Assembly (NCBI GenBank): GCA_029856145.1
Contig: JAHQWK010000022.1
Coordinates: 61,422 to 125,421 of the forward strand
Source of the DNA: Promethearchaeia archaeon
GTDB taxonomy: Archaea; Asgardarchaeota; Lokiarchaeia; Sigyniarchaeales; SOKP01
Direction of reading: 5' to 3'
Length of the DNA stretch: 64,000 nucleotides
This document shows, in pieces, positions 1 through 9,926 of the stretch. Numbering within the stretch: the first letter of the stretch is position 1; each line of letters starts with the position of its first letter. The notes below the pieces were generated by a model. That model was not told where the DNA came from and made no database searches. It was given only the letters and a program-made list of their open reading frames with translations. The position numbers and the translations under genes were made by a program.

Positions 1-173
1 AAGAACATAATAGAAATAAATCCAATTTCCAACCCTGCATCTCTGAAGGGAATAAGAGGTGATAAATTTTGACCATAACCTAAAATTCTTGACATTGAAA
101 AAGAAATAACCACCCAGAATAGGCAGTAAACACAAAAAATAATAAGAGATTTTTTATATTTTGAATTTTTCAT
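1..173 (-). CDS. Membrane protein, 5' part only (runs off window start)
   Basis: ATG at 173 preceded by GGAGG (181-185 on minus strand); open frame MKNSKYKKSLIIFCVYCLFWVVISFSMSRILGYGQ... with a hydrophobic segment. Confidence 0.7.
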   Translation of the reverse strand, partial: MKNSKYKKSLIIFCVYCLFWVVISFSMSRILGYGQNLSPLIPFRDAGLEIGFISIMF

Positions 174-205
174 AAAAAATCCTCCATTTTAATTTTTTAT
201 ATAAT

Positions 206-1228
206 TTATATGATCTCTGAAATAACTTGTTTTATGGTATTATTATTTACAAAGGTTTCAAGTTCTTGAACGCTATTAGGTAATCCTTCTCTAACACCTA
301 TTTCTTTACTTTCTAAGAAACTCATCGCTGTCGCCATTTTTGATGTTTTTTCAAGAGAAAAATTGTTTAAACGAGAGATTAAGATTCCAGCTAAGAAAGC
401 ATCACCTGCTCCTGTTGTATCTTCAACTTTTCCAGCACTATAAACGCCGCTGTTTATAATTATCTTGCCATCCGATATAATTGAACCATTAGGACCATCC
501 GTTATAGAAATCAGTTTTATTCCCATATCTAAGAAATCCTTAATCATAAGAGTTTTTTTACTTTCACCAGTAAACTCTTGAGCTTCTTCTAAATTCATAG
601 ATACAACATCAGAATTAGAAATCAGGACCTTTGCCCAATTTGGGGCATTTTTAATTATTGACATACTCGGAGCTGCAAAGACTATTCCTCCCTTATTTTT
701 TGTAAGAGTAATTGATTTCTCTATAGCTTTACACGCATCCTCAGTAGTTAAAGATGTCCAAGCAAATGCTTTAATATTATTAAATAATTCTTCATTAACG
801 TCTGAAGGTTTTAAGAGATTATTGGCACCTTTATAGGCAAGAATGCTTCGATCTTTTCCCCACGGGGTTTTTAGTATAATTGATAATGCCGTAGTATCTT
901 TGTCAGTCTGAATTACTTGAGAGAGATCTACACCACGTTTTTTCAAATCTGTCAGACAAATTTCTGCTGAAAAATCATTACCCATCACCCCAATATATGC
1001 ACTTTTTAATCCTAACATAGAGCAATTTGCCGCGATATTAGCACCTGAACCTCCTGGTACAAATCTAACGTTCTTAACATTCAATTTACGAGAATATTCA
1101 ATAGCAGTATACTTTTTTATGATCTCTTTATCAAATAATTCAAAGCGTAAGATATCATCGATATCAATTATGATATCTAAAGTATTGCTTCCAATCGTAA
1201 TTAATTCCGGAAAATTCATAATTATCAC
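206..1228 (-). CDS. PfkB/ribokinase-family carbohydrate kinase
   Basis: PGGSGANIAA N-terminal signature and DTTGAGDAF C-terminal PfkB signature. Confidence 0.93.
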   Translation of the reverse strand: MIIMNFPELITIGSNTLDIIIDIDDILRFELFDKEIIKKYTAIEYSRKLNVKNVRFVPGGSGANIAANCSMLGLKSAYIGVMGNDFSAEICLTDLKKRGVDLSQVIQTDKDTTALSIILKTPWGKDRSILAYKGANNLLKPSDVNEELFNNIKAFAWTSLTTEDACKAIEKSITLTKNKGGIVFAAPSMSIIKNAPNWAKVLISNSDVVSMNLEEAQEFTGESKKTLMIKDFLDMGIKLISITDGPNGSIISDGKIIINSGVYSAGKVEDTTGAGDAFLAGILISRLNNFSLEKTSKMATAMSFLESKEIGVREGLPNSVQELETFVNNNTIKQVISEII

Positions 1229-1270
1229 TAAATAAATACATAAATTTGATATATAGAATAAGTTTAAAAT

Positions 1271-1301
1271 AGAAAATAGTCTTTTAATAATTTTGCTAAG
1301 A
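1271..1301. repeat. 31-bp direct repeat, copy 1 (partner at 2027-2057); promoter-like on minus strand
   Basis: AGAAAATAGTCTTTTAATAATTTTGCTAAGA vs AGAAAATAGCCTTTTAATTATTTTGCTAAGA, 29/31 identical. Confidence 0.85.
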
Positions 1302-1357
1302 ATGGATTTTTATAGAATTTAAAGTATAGCCTAATAATTATTTCTCTTTACTTGATC

Positions 1358-1909
1358 TTATAGTCTTTCTTTATTATTGTTAATAATATTTCCCATTTTC
1401 TTTATCATGCGATGTGTAAGTTCGAGAAAAGCAATTTCAACATTTTCTCCTGTTTTCGCTGAGGTTTCAATATATAAACAACCTTCGTTCTTTGCATATT
1501 CTTCTACTTCATTTCTATCTATAATCTGACCAATTTCAGGTATTAAATCGGATTTATTGCCTATAATCACTTTAGGTATGTCATCATTTAATATACTACG
1601 CATTTCTGAAAGCCAAGTTTTCATGCTTGAAAATGTATGTTGTCTTGAAAGATCAAATCCAAGCAATGCACCAAATGCACCTTCATAAAAGCTACGATGG
1701 AGAAATTTGAATCTTTCTTGGCCGCCTATATCCCATATGTGGAGTTTTGCAAATTTTGATGGCTCATATTCCAAAGTTTTCGTTAAGAAATCAACGCCTA
1801 TCGTCAATTTGTACTTCAAATCAAATTCGTTATGCACAAATCTATTTAGTAGACTCGTTTTACCTACAGCAGCGGGTCCGACAATAATAACTTTAAAGGA
1901 TAATTCCAT
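1358..1909 (-). CDS. Rab-like small GTPase (Ras superfamily)
   Basis: G1 GPAAVGKT, G2 TIGVDF, G3 WDIGGQERF, G4 NKSD, G5 ETSAK; no C-terminal cysteine prenylation motif. Confidence 0.96.
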   Translation of the reverse strand: MELSFKVIIVGPAAVGKTSLLNRFVHNEFDLKYKLTIGVDFLTKTLEYEPSKFAKLHIWDIGGQERFKFLHRSFYEGAFGALLGFDLSRQHTFSSMKTWLSEMRSILNDDIPKVIIGNKSDLIPEIGQIIDRNEVEEYAKNEGCLYIETSAKTGENVEIAFLELTHRMIKKMGNIINNNKERL

Positions 1910-2026
1910 TTTGCTTTCAATAAGTTTAGAATTAGATTAATAGTGATTGATTATCTTTTTAAATTTAATCAAAAGTGAACTTTCATATATAGTAATATCA
2001 AAAATTATAAGAAAATTCGATAAAAA

Positions 2027-2057
2027 AGAAAATAGCCTTTTAATTATTTTGCTAAGA
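2027..2057. repeat. 31-bp direct repeat, copy 2
   Basis: See 1271-1301; the two copies bracket the GTPase gene. Confidence 0.85.
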
Positions 2058-2092
2058 TGTACTTCTCAGAGAAGGAAAAAAAAATAATTCAT

Positions 2093-2728
2093 TTATTCAT
2101 CTGATTTAAGACGATTTAACTCTTTCTCTAATTCGGCTATTTTTTCATCAGAACCGGCACTAGGTAATGCTACACCCATTTCCACTTGGATTTCAGCATC
2201 TATTTCACCCAGAACATCCTTAATATCCGTATCAGTAACTGCTGTGTCAACCATTATATCGCTTATTCCATCGGTTGTGATTTCCTCTGTAACCGCAAAA
2301 TCTTCCATATCTACTCCAATCGAGGTCATTAATTCCGTAAGTTGTGGTATAGATAACTGATTCTTTAATGCACCTAGACTTACTGCAATCCCCTTCATTA
2401 CTTCAGCAACATCTTTTACCGCTGTGGCTTGTTCTAATTTAAATACCATTCCTTCAAGGTTAGTTCTGAATAAATCTATCGCCCTGGCCTGTTTTTTTAC
2501 TTGGAGATAGTTTCTCGCGTGAAATTCTGAACCTTGCATATCACCTTGCTTTCGAAGATTTACAGCTTTATCTCTAGCTAGCTTTGCTGACATTTCCATT
2601 TTTTTAGTTTGTCTCATTAGTCGTTTATTGAAAACTTTCAATTTGACTGTTGCGGATCGAACGGTATCCTTTTTCTTACCACCTGATAGAAAATTAGTTA
2701 AATCTTTTAGAAAACCCATATTCATCAA
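2093..2728 (-). CDS. ESCRT-III subunit (Snf7 family, Vps2/24/46-like)
   Basis: Basic N-terminal helical hairpin, acidic C-terminal half, terminal MIM1-like helix EKIAELEKELNRLK; divergent from vps4. Confidence 0.9.
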   Translation of the reverse strand: MMNMGFLKDLTNFLSGGKKKDTVRSATVKLKVFNKRLMRQTKKMEMSAKLARDKAVNLRKQGDMQGSEFHARNYLQVKKQARAIDLFRTNLEGMVFKLEQATAVKDVAEVMKGIAVSLGALKNQLSIPQLTELMTSIGVDMEDFAVTEEITTDGISDIMVDTAVTDTDIKDVLGEIDAEIQVEMGVALPSAGSDEKIAELEKELNRLKSDE

Positions 2729-2927
2729 AAATTATTAGTAATTATATAATATATATAAAACTTCGGTCTTATATAATTGTTTTTGGAGACCAATAATTAT
2801 ATATTATATGTAGAGATTAGCCTCGTTGGTTAAACCGTAAATTTGATATATTCAGATTAAATTATTAAATATATTTATACTAATTTAGATTAGCTATAAA
2901 TAGTATAATTATTTTAATATAGTTATC

Positions 2928-4139
2928 ATGTCATCAGTAGATTCGAAACTTTATCAGTATGCCGTTCAAACGGCGAAGGAGGCAGTTGCTTTAGATAATC
3001 AGGGCAAGTACCGGCAGGCGATGAATAAGTACTATCGTGCAGCGGAAATTTTGATGCAATTTATGCAATACAATAAAAATCCTCAAATGAGAAAGCTGTG
3101 TCAAAGAAATATTGAAGAATATGTTGATCGCGCAAAAATTCTAAAATCCCATTTGGGTGGTCCTAGAAGTGCAAGATACATTACTAAATCCAGTGAGTCA
3201 AAAGCAGGTGCTGTAGATTCTGAATCCGGTGCTGTATCTTCAGAAGAACAGGAACTTATTGATACAATATCAGGAACAATCATTACAGAATCTCCTAATA
3301 TAAAATGGGACGATATTGCTGGTTTGGAAAATGTTAAGCAAGCTTTAAGGGAAGCAATAGTTTTACCTATAGCAAAACCACAATTATTTACAGGTGCTAG
3401 AAAACCTTGGGCTGGAATTTTGTTATTTGGTCCACCTGGATGTGGAAAGACATTGTTGGCTAAAGCAGCCGCTACGGAGTGTAAAGCAACTTTTTTTAGT
3501 GCATCATCTGCAGATTTATTAAGTAAATGGTTAGGGGAAAGTGAAAAATTAATAAGTTCCTTATTTAAAGTTGCCCGATTAAAGGCACCTAGTTTGATAT
3601 TTATGGATGAGATAGATTCAGTTGCAACTAAACGAGGAGAAGGAGCGGAGAGTGGAGGTGAGAGAAGAGTTAAAACACAGCTCTTAAGCGAAATACAAGG
3701 GTTAAAATCAACTCATGATAAACCTTTATTGGTTTTAGGGGCAACTAATCGTCCTTGGGATATTGATAATGCTATGCTAAGTAGATTTGAGAAAAGAGTG
3801 CAAGTCCCTCTTCCTGATTTAAAAGCAAGAGCGGGAATCTTTAAAATTCATACAGAGGGAGTGGATTCTGCATTAACAGATGAGGACTTTGTAGAATTGG
3901 CAGTAAGAACAGAAGGGTATTCGGGTAGAGATATAGCAAATATTTGTCGTGAAGTAATAATGTTACCTGTGCGTGAGTTAGACATGAGTGGACTTTTAGA
4001 AGATTCTAATAAAGAAGTTATTATAAGAGATATAGATTTAAAAGATTTTAAAAAAACTCTTAAAAAAGTCAAACCAATGACAAATAAAGCATTATTAAAG
4101 CAATATAACGATTGGGCAGAGGAGTTCGGAGAAATATAA
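2928..4139 (+). CDS. vps4: Vps4 AAA+ ATPase with N-terminal MIT domain
   Basis: MIT-like N-terminus (AVALDNQGKYRQAMNKY...EEYVDRAKILK); Walker A GPPGCGKT; SKWLGESEK; Walker B IFMDEID; ATNRPWDID; C-terminal YNDWAEEFG. Confidence 0.96.
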   Translation: MSSVDSKLYQYAVQTAKEAVALDNQGKYRQAMNKYYRAAEILMQFMQYNKNPQMRKLCQRNIEEYVDRAKILKSHLGGPRSARYITKSSESKAGAVDSESGAVSSEEQELIDTISGTIITESPNIKWDDIAGLENVKQALREAIVLPIAKPQLFTGARKPWAGILLFGPPGCGKTLLAKAAATECKATFFSASSADLLSKWLGESEKLISSLFKVARLKAPSLIFMDEIDSVATKRGEGAESGGERRVKTQLLSEIQGLKSTHDKPLLVLGATNRPWDIDNAMLSRFEKRVQVPLPDLKARAGIFKIHTEGVDSALTDEDFVELAVRTEGYSGRDIANICREVIMLPVRELDMSGLLEDSNKEVIIRDIDLKDFKKTLKKVKPMTNKALLKQYNDWAEEFGEI

Positions 4140-4145
4140 TACATT

Positions 4146-5051
4146 TTGATGGTTAAAATGGAAAGACAGAGAGAAAAACCTACGGAAATTCCTAAGGAAG
4201 TTAAAGAAAAAGCAGAAAAGGAGTTAGAAGAATTAAGGAAAGAGCTCGCTAGATTAAGAAATTTAAAAAAAGAGAAGGAACAATTGGAAATTGAAGCAAC
4301 TCAAAAACAAATCATTAAAGAAGAAGATATTAAATCTACTGAATTAAATTATATAGAAGAACAGTTTGATAAACTGGAAAATATATTATCTTCTAAATTA
4401 GGTGAAATAGATCAAAAATTATACCGTCAGCATGCTGAACAAGTCGAAGAAGAACTACAAACCCTCGAAGAAGAAATTCTTGGTGAAAAGGGTTTAATAG
4501 AGAAGAAATTAACAGCTTATGAAAATTTATTGAAGGCTTATCCTTGGCTTGAGGAAGAACGTAAAAAATTTATGTACTCAATGCCAAATAAAAAGGTAAA
4601 TAAAAATGATTATACTTCTTGGAAAATAGAGTGGGCAAAAGTTCTTTTTGATTACGCTAGATTTGCTGTTCTTCATATTATTTATATTAGAGAAGTAAGT
4701 TCTCAAAAACCATTTTCTAATTTCACTAAAAGAGAACATTATATACTAGAAATCGTTGAAGAATTAATTAGTCAAAATCAAGCGAAATGGCTCTCAAAAG
4801 AGAAGAATAGACTAAGAGTATACTGGAAAACTCTCGAAGCGTGGTCAGATGAAATTTACAAATGGTGTTATGAGAATGGAAAGATCGAGCCGATAATGAT
4901 TTATGAATTAAGAGAAGCAGCACAAGAAGATTTTAGTTCACTCCCACTTGAGGATCTGGAAGAAATATTTAAAATTTTAGCTAAAAATCGAAAAGCTAAA
5001 ATCCTAAAAATGGAAAACGGACAATTAGCATTTAAAATTAGATTAGAGTAA
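4146..5051 (+). CDS. vps25: ESCRT-II Vps25-like protein with long N-terminal coiled-coil extension
   Basis: C-terminal winged-helix pair with VYWKTLEAWSDEIYKWCYENG...IYEL motif typical of Vps25; 6 nt downstream of vps4. Confidence 0.85.
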   Translation: MMVKMERQREKPTEIPKEVKEKAEKELEELRKELARLRNLKKEKEQLEIEATQKQIIKEEDIKSTELNYIEEQFDKLENILSSKLGEIDQKLYRQHAEQVEEELQTLEEEILGEKGLIEKKLTAYENLLKAYPWLEEERKKFMYSMPNKKVNKNDYTSWKIEWAKVLFDYARFAVLHIIYIREVSSQKPFSNFTKREHYILEIVEELISQNQAKWLSKEKNRLRVYWKTLEAWSDEIYKWCYENGKIEPIMIYELREAAQEDFSSLPLEDLEEIFKILAKNRKAKILKMENGQLAFKIRLE

Positions 5052-5066
5052 TACAATCCACTTTTT

Positions 5067-5780
5067 TTATAAAGATGGGAAATACCATTGTTTCCCTGTT
5101 AAAATATTTTCCCTGAATTTCGCAATACCTGTTTTTTCAAGTGATTCCAAGGCTCTAATAGCACGATCTTGGGACCATTCCAAATTAGCACACACATCTT
5201 CTAAAGTAAGGACTCCTTTTTCTTTCGCTAATTCTACAACTTTAGATTCATCACCAGTGTATTGAATTGGAAAAAACCGTATGATAACTGCTCCTGAATC
5301 CAATCGAGTAATATCCTCAATTACTCTTGTTTTTTTCAAAAGTCTCAAAGCCTTCTCAACATCCTTAATATCTACATTTCCTTTCAAAATTCCTGTATTT
5401 ATTAATTCAAATACTTCTGATAATGGAATTATTCCGCCTGTTTCTTCCTTACTCATCAAGACTCTCTGATATGCCAACATCCCTAATTTCTGAGGGTCAA
5501 TTTTTGAGAATTTTCTCATTACGTCATGTTCTGTTATTTGTTCAGTAATAATCTTTGAAGAAGGAATGTTATATTTTTTTTGTAATTCTTTAATTTCTCG
5601 TCTTAACTCTGGTGTTAGAGCTAATAAAACACCATGTTTCTTTGCTAAATCTCGAAGTCTATCTTTTGTAAACTTTTCAACAGAGGCTTTTGCTTCCATA
5701 TCTTTCATTTTAAGTTCGGCTGCCTTCTTTTTCATAGCTTCTTTTAAATCAATCTCATCTTCTATCTTTCGAATGCCCAT
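5067..5780 (-). CDS. ESCRT-II Vps22/Vps36 (EAP30 domain) protein
   Basis: Vps22-like N-terminus MGIRKI; ETGGIIPLSEV and LEWSQDRAIRALESLEKTG...WYFPSL tandem winged helices; ESCRT context. Confidence 0.88.
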   Translation of the reverse strand: MGIRKIEDEIDLKEAMKKKAAELKMKDMEAKASVEKFTKDRLRDLAKKHGVLLALTPELRREIKELQKKYNIPSSKIITEQITEHDVMRKFSKIDPQKLGMLAYQRVLMSKEETGGIIPLSEVFELINTGILKGNVDIKDVEKALRLLKKTRVIEDITRLDSGAVIIRFFPIQYTGDESKVVELAKEKGVLTLEDVCANLEWSQDRAIRALESLEKTGIAKFRENILTGKQWYFPSL

Positions 5781-5853
5781 TTTTAGATAACACTATTTTT
5801 TAATACCTTTATTGATTAATAATAATAAAACTTCTTAATTCTTTCTATTTTAA

Positions 5854-6441
5854 ATGAGTATGATTGAATCTTCTAATTTTAGGGAAATTAATAAAATCGA
5901 AAGAGAAATCATTTTTCAATCACTCTCCAAAATATCTACCAATATTTTCCAATTCTTAATAAGATCTAAGAATAAGTTATATATTTCATTAAAGGATTCA
6001 AAATCAAGGACCAATTTCCCTAACATTTATTTAAGCTCGATTTATTTTGAGAAAGAAATAGATATAGTTAAGTCTAAAAAAGAAATTTGTTCAGTTGGTA
6101 TATATTTTGGATTTATCAAAAAAGGAAACTTTCATTTAAGTTTAGAGGGCGCAGAATTTCTAAATAAACAAGGGATATTGTCTGATGTTAAATGTTTATA
6201 TGTTAACAAGAAGGGAGAAAAATCTATTTTATATGGAAATAATATTTTAAAGAATATGGTTATCAAAACACCCTCTAATCTACAAAAAGATGATTTCCTA
6301 TTAATCTTCAATGATTTGAATGAAATTTTAGCTATAGCTCAATCCAAAATTGAAAGCAATATTATACAAAACCTTAAACCCAAAGATATTGTTGCTCTCA
6401 ATATGAGTGATAAGGGTACCTATTTAAGAGAAAAACAATAA
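5854..6441 (+). CDS. Nip7-like PUA-domain ribosome biogenesis protein
   Basis: SVGIYFGFIKKGNFHLSLEG, GEKSILYGNNILK and C-terminal DKGTYLRE, all Nip7/UPF0113-type motifs. Confidence 0.85.
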   Translation: MSMIESSNFREINKIEREIIFQSLSKISTNIFQFLIRSKNKLYISLKDSKSRTNFPNIYLSSIYFEKEIDIVKSKKEICSVGIYFGFIKKGNFHLSLEGAEFLNKQGILSDVKCLYVNKKGEKSILYGNNILKNMVIKTPSNLQKDDFLLIFNDLNEILAIAQSKIESNIIQNLKPKDIVALNMSDKGTYLREKQ

Positions 6442-6466
6442 AAAAAAAGAAGAGTTAGGATTTTAA

Positions 6467-8206
6467 TTATTTTTTATATTTTTTAATTAGGATTAGTGTT
6501 ACTAAACCTGTTACACTCAGCAACAGAACTATACTAAATCCAGGTATCGGTGGTAGTATAGAAGGTATCTCTACTAATATTACCAGAAGTTCATTTTCAG
6601 ATTCAACATTTCCTACAGCATCAACTGCTTGATATGTGATAAGATAATAGCCATAACTGTAGCTAGATAAGTCAAAAGAGCCAGTATAATCGTACCAAAT
6701 AGAATTATTAATTTTATATCTTAATACAGAGACACCAGATCCTGAACCGTCATTAGCAGCAAGTGAAAAAGTTGTTGTTTTGTTCACTATATTAGGAGTT
6801 ATGTATGGTATAAAAGATATACTTGAAGTAGGCGGTGTAAGATCTTTTTGAATAATAACATCGTCAAAACTCTCTAATCCCCCTGTATCATTTATATAAA
6901 ATCTGATCGTCACCGGTCCACCCCCTAACTTGTCCCACTCTATTTGATCTATTTTACCAGTTAACCCGCTAAATATTGTTTCATTTGTTCCAGGACCCAA
7001 ATGATACCATGTTGTGTCTAAATTTAGTTCAGTTAAGGAAATCTGGAAATCTGGAGATATACTACCGAAAAACTCATCTGGAGAAGGAGAAACTATATTA
7101 ATATCGGGAATTATCGTATCAATTAAGAAAGATCTAATTGTAGAATGGTATTTATTACTAAGAGAATCTTCTCCAAATACTTGAATTGTATGGTGTCCAT
7201 CATTCGGTATTGGGATAGTAGTATTTCCTATAATTTTTAATTCATTTTGTCCATCTAAAGAATAACTCATTAAATCAAGAATATTTGGGCTTTCAAAATC
7301 AAGTAATAATCCTTCTTCAATATTATCACCTAATATATACCCATCTTGAAGCCCTGTAATGCTAAAAGCATCCAAGTAATGAGAAACATCAGATTGAGAT
7401 TCAGTTGATAATACATGATACCTGTATGGACCTCCTGTGGGGTGCGAAGTTAATAAATCTAAATCTGCGGAAACGTAAATCATATCACCAGTATCATTAT
7501 AGATTCGGAATCTAAATTGATTTGTCCCTAATCCAGCATATCCACCATCACAAGAAATATCTATAGAATAACGATACCATTTATCCCATTCATGATACAC
7601 TCCCGTACCAAACTCTCCAGTAGCAGGAGTGATCCTTATTTCAGGATCATTTGTAGTTCCGTATGAGTCCCATTCAAATTGTACCATACTTCCCAGATCT
7701 CCTATAATCTGAAAATAACTATGCCAATAAGTCCCTGAGTGTGTGTTGCATGCCCAGAATTCAATAGTACAATTACGACATATCTCTGAACCTTCGCTTG
7801 TAAAATTAAGCCTTCCATGGGTTGTTCCACTGCTGGTTCGATCATAGGTTTTGAACACCTTATTATGGGTATTTCCCGCGCTATCAGTGTAGCTATCTTC
7901 AACTCTAGCATAAGAGCCAGGACCATCCGGAGTTGTACCTCCCGCAGCATAGTCACAATAAGAAGGTAAAACACCATTAGGTGTTTCTTCAAACCCAAAT
8001 GTTCCAGGATAATAACCTTCCATTGGCTCAGAGTAAGTTTTATTTTCAGGAGTATTTATATCTATATTTTGGCTAAGTTTTGGAGTCTGTTTTAGATTTT
8101 GAGTGATTAGTATATTTCCAGATAAAATCAAAGGACTAAACGCAGTTAAACATAGAACTAAAATTAATACTAAAGTTGTTTTCTTTTTTCTTTTTGAATT
8201 TACCAA
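6467..8206 (-). CDS. Secreted cell-surface protein with Ig-like/beta-sandwich domains and C-terminal IPGF + TM + basic sorting signal
   Basis: Signal peptide; repeats of IDTIIPDINI/DLTPPTSSI type; YQAVDAVGNVE; tail PIPGFSIVLLLSVTGLVTLILIKKYKK; TTG start with GGTGA upstream. Confidence 0.85.
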   Translation of the reverse strand: MVNSKRKKKTTLVLILVLCLTAFSPLILSGNILITQNLKQTPKLSQNIDINTPENKTYSEPMEGYYPGTFGFEETPNGVLPSYCDYAAGGTTPDGPGSYARVEDSYTDSAGNTHNKVFKTYDRTSSGTTHGRLNFTSEGSEICRNCTIEFWACNTHSGTYWHSYFQIIGDLGSMVQFEWDSYGTTNDPEIRITPATGEFGTGVYHEWDKWYRYSIDISCDGGYAGLGTNQFRFRIYNDTGDMIYVSADLDLLTSHPTGGPYRYHVLSTESQSDVSHYLDAFSITGLQDGYILGDNIEEGLLLDFESPNILDLMSYSLDGQNELKIIGNTTIPIPNDGHHTIQVFGEDSLSNKYHSTIRSFLIDTIIPDINIVSPSPDEFFGSISPDFQISLTELNLDTTWYHLGPGTNETIFSGLTGKIDQIEWDKLGGGPVTIRFYINDTGGLESFDDVIIQKDLTPPTSSISFIPYITPNIVNKTTTFSLAANDGSGSGVSVLRYKINNSIWYDYTGSFDLSSYSYGYYLITYQAVDAVGNVESENELLVILVEIPSILPPIPGFSIVLLLSVTGLVTLILIKKYKK

Positions 8207-8327
8207 TTGGTTTCACCAATAATATTTTTAGGGTAATTTTGTTTTTCAAATTATTAATTTCGGATTTCGCGTTATTTTCGCTATAAAATCATAACAAAAA
8301 TAGGCTTATAATTATACATGACTAATT

Positions 8328-8510
8328 TTAATATAAAATCACTAGGACCAAATTTTGACAAATTAAATGGTTTTAGTATAAATAGAACTCTTAAATAGAT
8401 TAAAGGGAGGATTTCACCCTAACTTCCCTAATTTACTTAATAATATTAACTAATTCAAAAATCATTATTTATTTAGTTAATATAAAATCACTAGGACCAA
8501 ATTTTTACAA
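8328..8510. repeat. Pair of 34-bp direct repeats (8328-8361 and 8477-8510), candidate operators
   Basis: TTAATATAAAATCACTAGGACCAAATTTT[G/T]ACAA, 33/34 identical, 149-bp period, upstream of the surface-protein gene. Confidence 0.9.
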
Positions 8511-8602
8511 GAATATTAAAAGAATATCTAAGAGGCTTTATACTAAAGAAAGAGAATAATAAATTCAATGTTTAAACGTGCATACTATTGTTTGTTTCTT
8601 CC

Positions 8603-9904
8603 TTAATTTTCATCTAAATATTTTATATCTTCATCTGAGATTTTTTTGATCTCATCTTTTAACTCTTGATAAAACTTGGTGAATTCAGAACTAAACGAGA
8701 GGGGTGATCTTATCAATTCAGTTTTAATAGCTTCAAATTCTTCTTCATCTGGAAATATTTTTCGAAGTTTGTTTTCTAATTCTAGTGGTATTTTCACATA
8801 TTTCCCTGTTAGAATGAGGGGCTGTTTTTTGCTTTTGATAATTTTATATGGAAAGTTTGAAAAATACTTTTCAATCAATTCGAATGCCGCTTCGTATTGA
8901 GACATATCTTTAACCGAGTTTTTTAATTCTCGTTCAAATTTCCTCTCAAAATCATCAGTGAATTTAATTACAGAATCTCTTAACAATTTTGAAGTTTTTG
9001 AGGCGACTAATCCTACTGTTATATTTTTAGATTCTTTTAATATCAAGATGCCCTCTTCTAGATTAATATCTAAAAGCCCCCCAATATGCATTACTTCTTC
9101 GCTTATAAGCTGTACTGCATTTAAAAAGCCTGTGAATATTGCTTCACTTATATTTGTTTCAGACCAATCATGATCATACAAGGGATGCCCGTCCCTGTCT
9201 TTAACAATAATTCTATGGATTGTAAAGGGTAGTATATATAATAATTTTGGTTCTCTCGCAAGTGTAAATATAAAAATAAGAGCGCCTATCATAATCATAA
9301 TATCAGATACAAGAATAAGAAGTGTTTCAAAAAGATATAAAACATAAAATATAAGTCCTAAAGGACAAATGAATAAGATCCCTATAAAGAAAATAGAAGC
9401 TTCCTTTTTTATTAAAATAGGAGAATTCACCCAAGTTTTCAAGCCCCAAAAAAATAAATAAAACACAGAGATACTAGTAAAAAATATTCCTATGATATTA
9501 AAGACCCCTATCCAATCTACTCTAAGATATCCTGCTTCCAAACTTATTCCTATAGCACCAGGTTGCGTACCTACGTAGATAAATAATGTACTTAGCCCAG
9601 AAATGACCAGAAGACCTTTAGAATAAAATGTTTCCTTAATTGTATAGGTCACACCTATTACTATAAAAATGGTCGTGGGTATAAGAAGTAATCCAGTAAA
9701 AACCGCAAGAACTTCATTAATAAAAAGAAATGCTAAGCCATCAAATAGTAAAAAGATCCAGAAGAAAATCCATCCAAATCTCATAAATAATAGGGATGTT
9801 ATTTTTTTAGATTTTGGAGAATAATAGGAAATAACTGTAACAATTATACCTAGAGTTGCGACTATAAAATCAATAATAACCTCAATATTCCAATTTAAAA
9901 CCAT
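8603..9904 (-). CDS. Polytopic (about 7 TM) membrane protein with C-terminal longin/roadblock-like domain
   Basis: About 7 hydrophobic segments, then RIIVKDRDGHPLY...IFTGFLNAVQLISEEV...ITVGLVASK...LRDSVIKFTDDFERKF, a longin-type pattern. Confidence 0.75.
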   Translation of the reverse strand: MVLNWNIEVIIDFIVATLGIIVTVISYYSPKSKKITSLLFMRFGWIFFWIFLLFDGLAFLFINEVLAVFTGLLLIPTTIFIVIGVTYTIKETFYSKGLLVISGLSTLFIYVGTQPGAIGISLEAGYLRVDWIGVFNIIGIFFTSISVFYLFFWGLKTWVNSPILIKKEASIFFIGILFICPLGLIFYVLYLFETLLILVSDIMIMIGALIFIFTLAREPKLLYILPFTIHRIIVKDRDGHPLYDHDWSETNISEAIFTGFLNAVQLISEEVMHIGGLLDINLEEGILILKESKNITVGLVASKTSKLLRDSVIKFTDDFERKFERELKNSVKDMSQYEAAFELIEKYFSNFPYKIIKSKKQPLILTGKYVKIPLELENKLRKIFPDEEEFEAIKTELIRSPLSFSSEFTKFYQELKDEIKKISDEDIKYLDEN

Positions 9905-9926
9905 TCTCTTACCTCTTATCTAATTA

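Noticed and set aside
8328-8510. 34-bp direct repeats as a CRISPR array
   Set aside because: Only two copies, the 115-bp spacer is far too long, and no cas genes are in the window.
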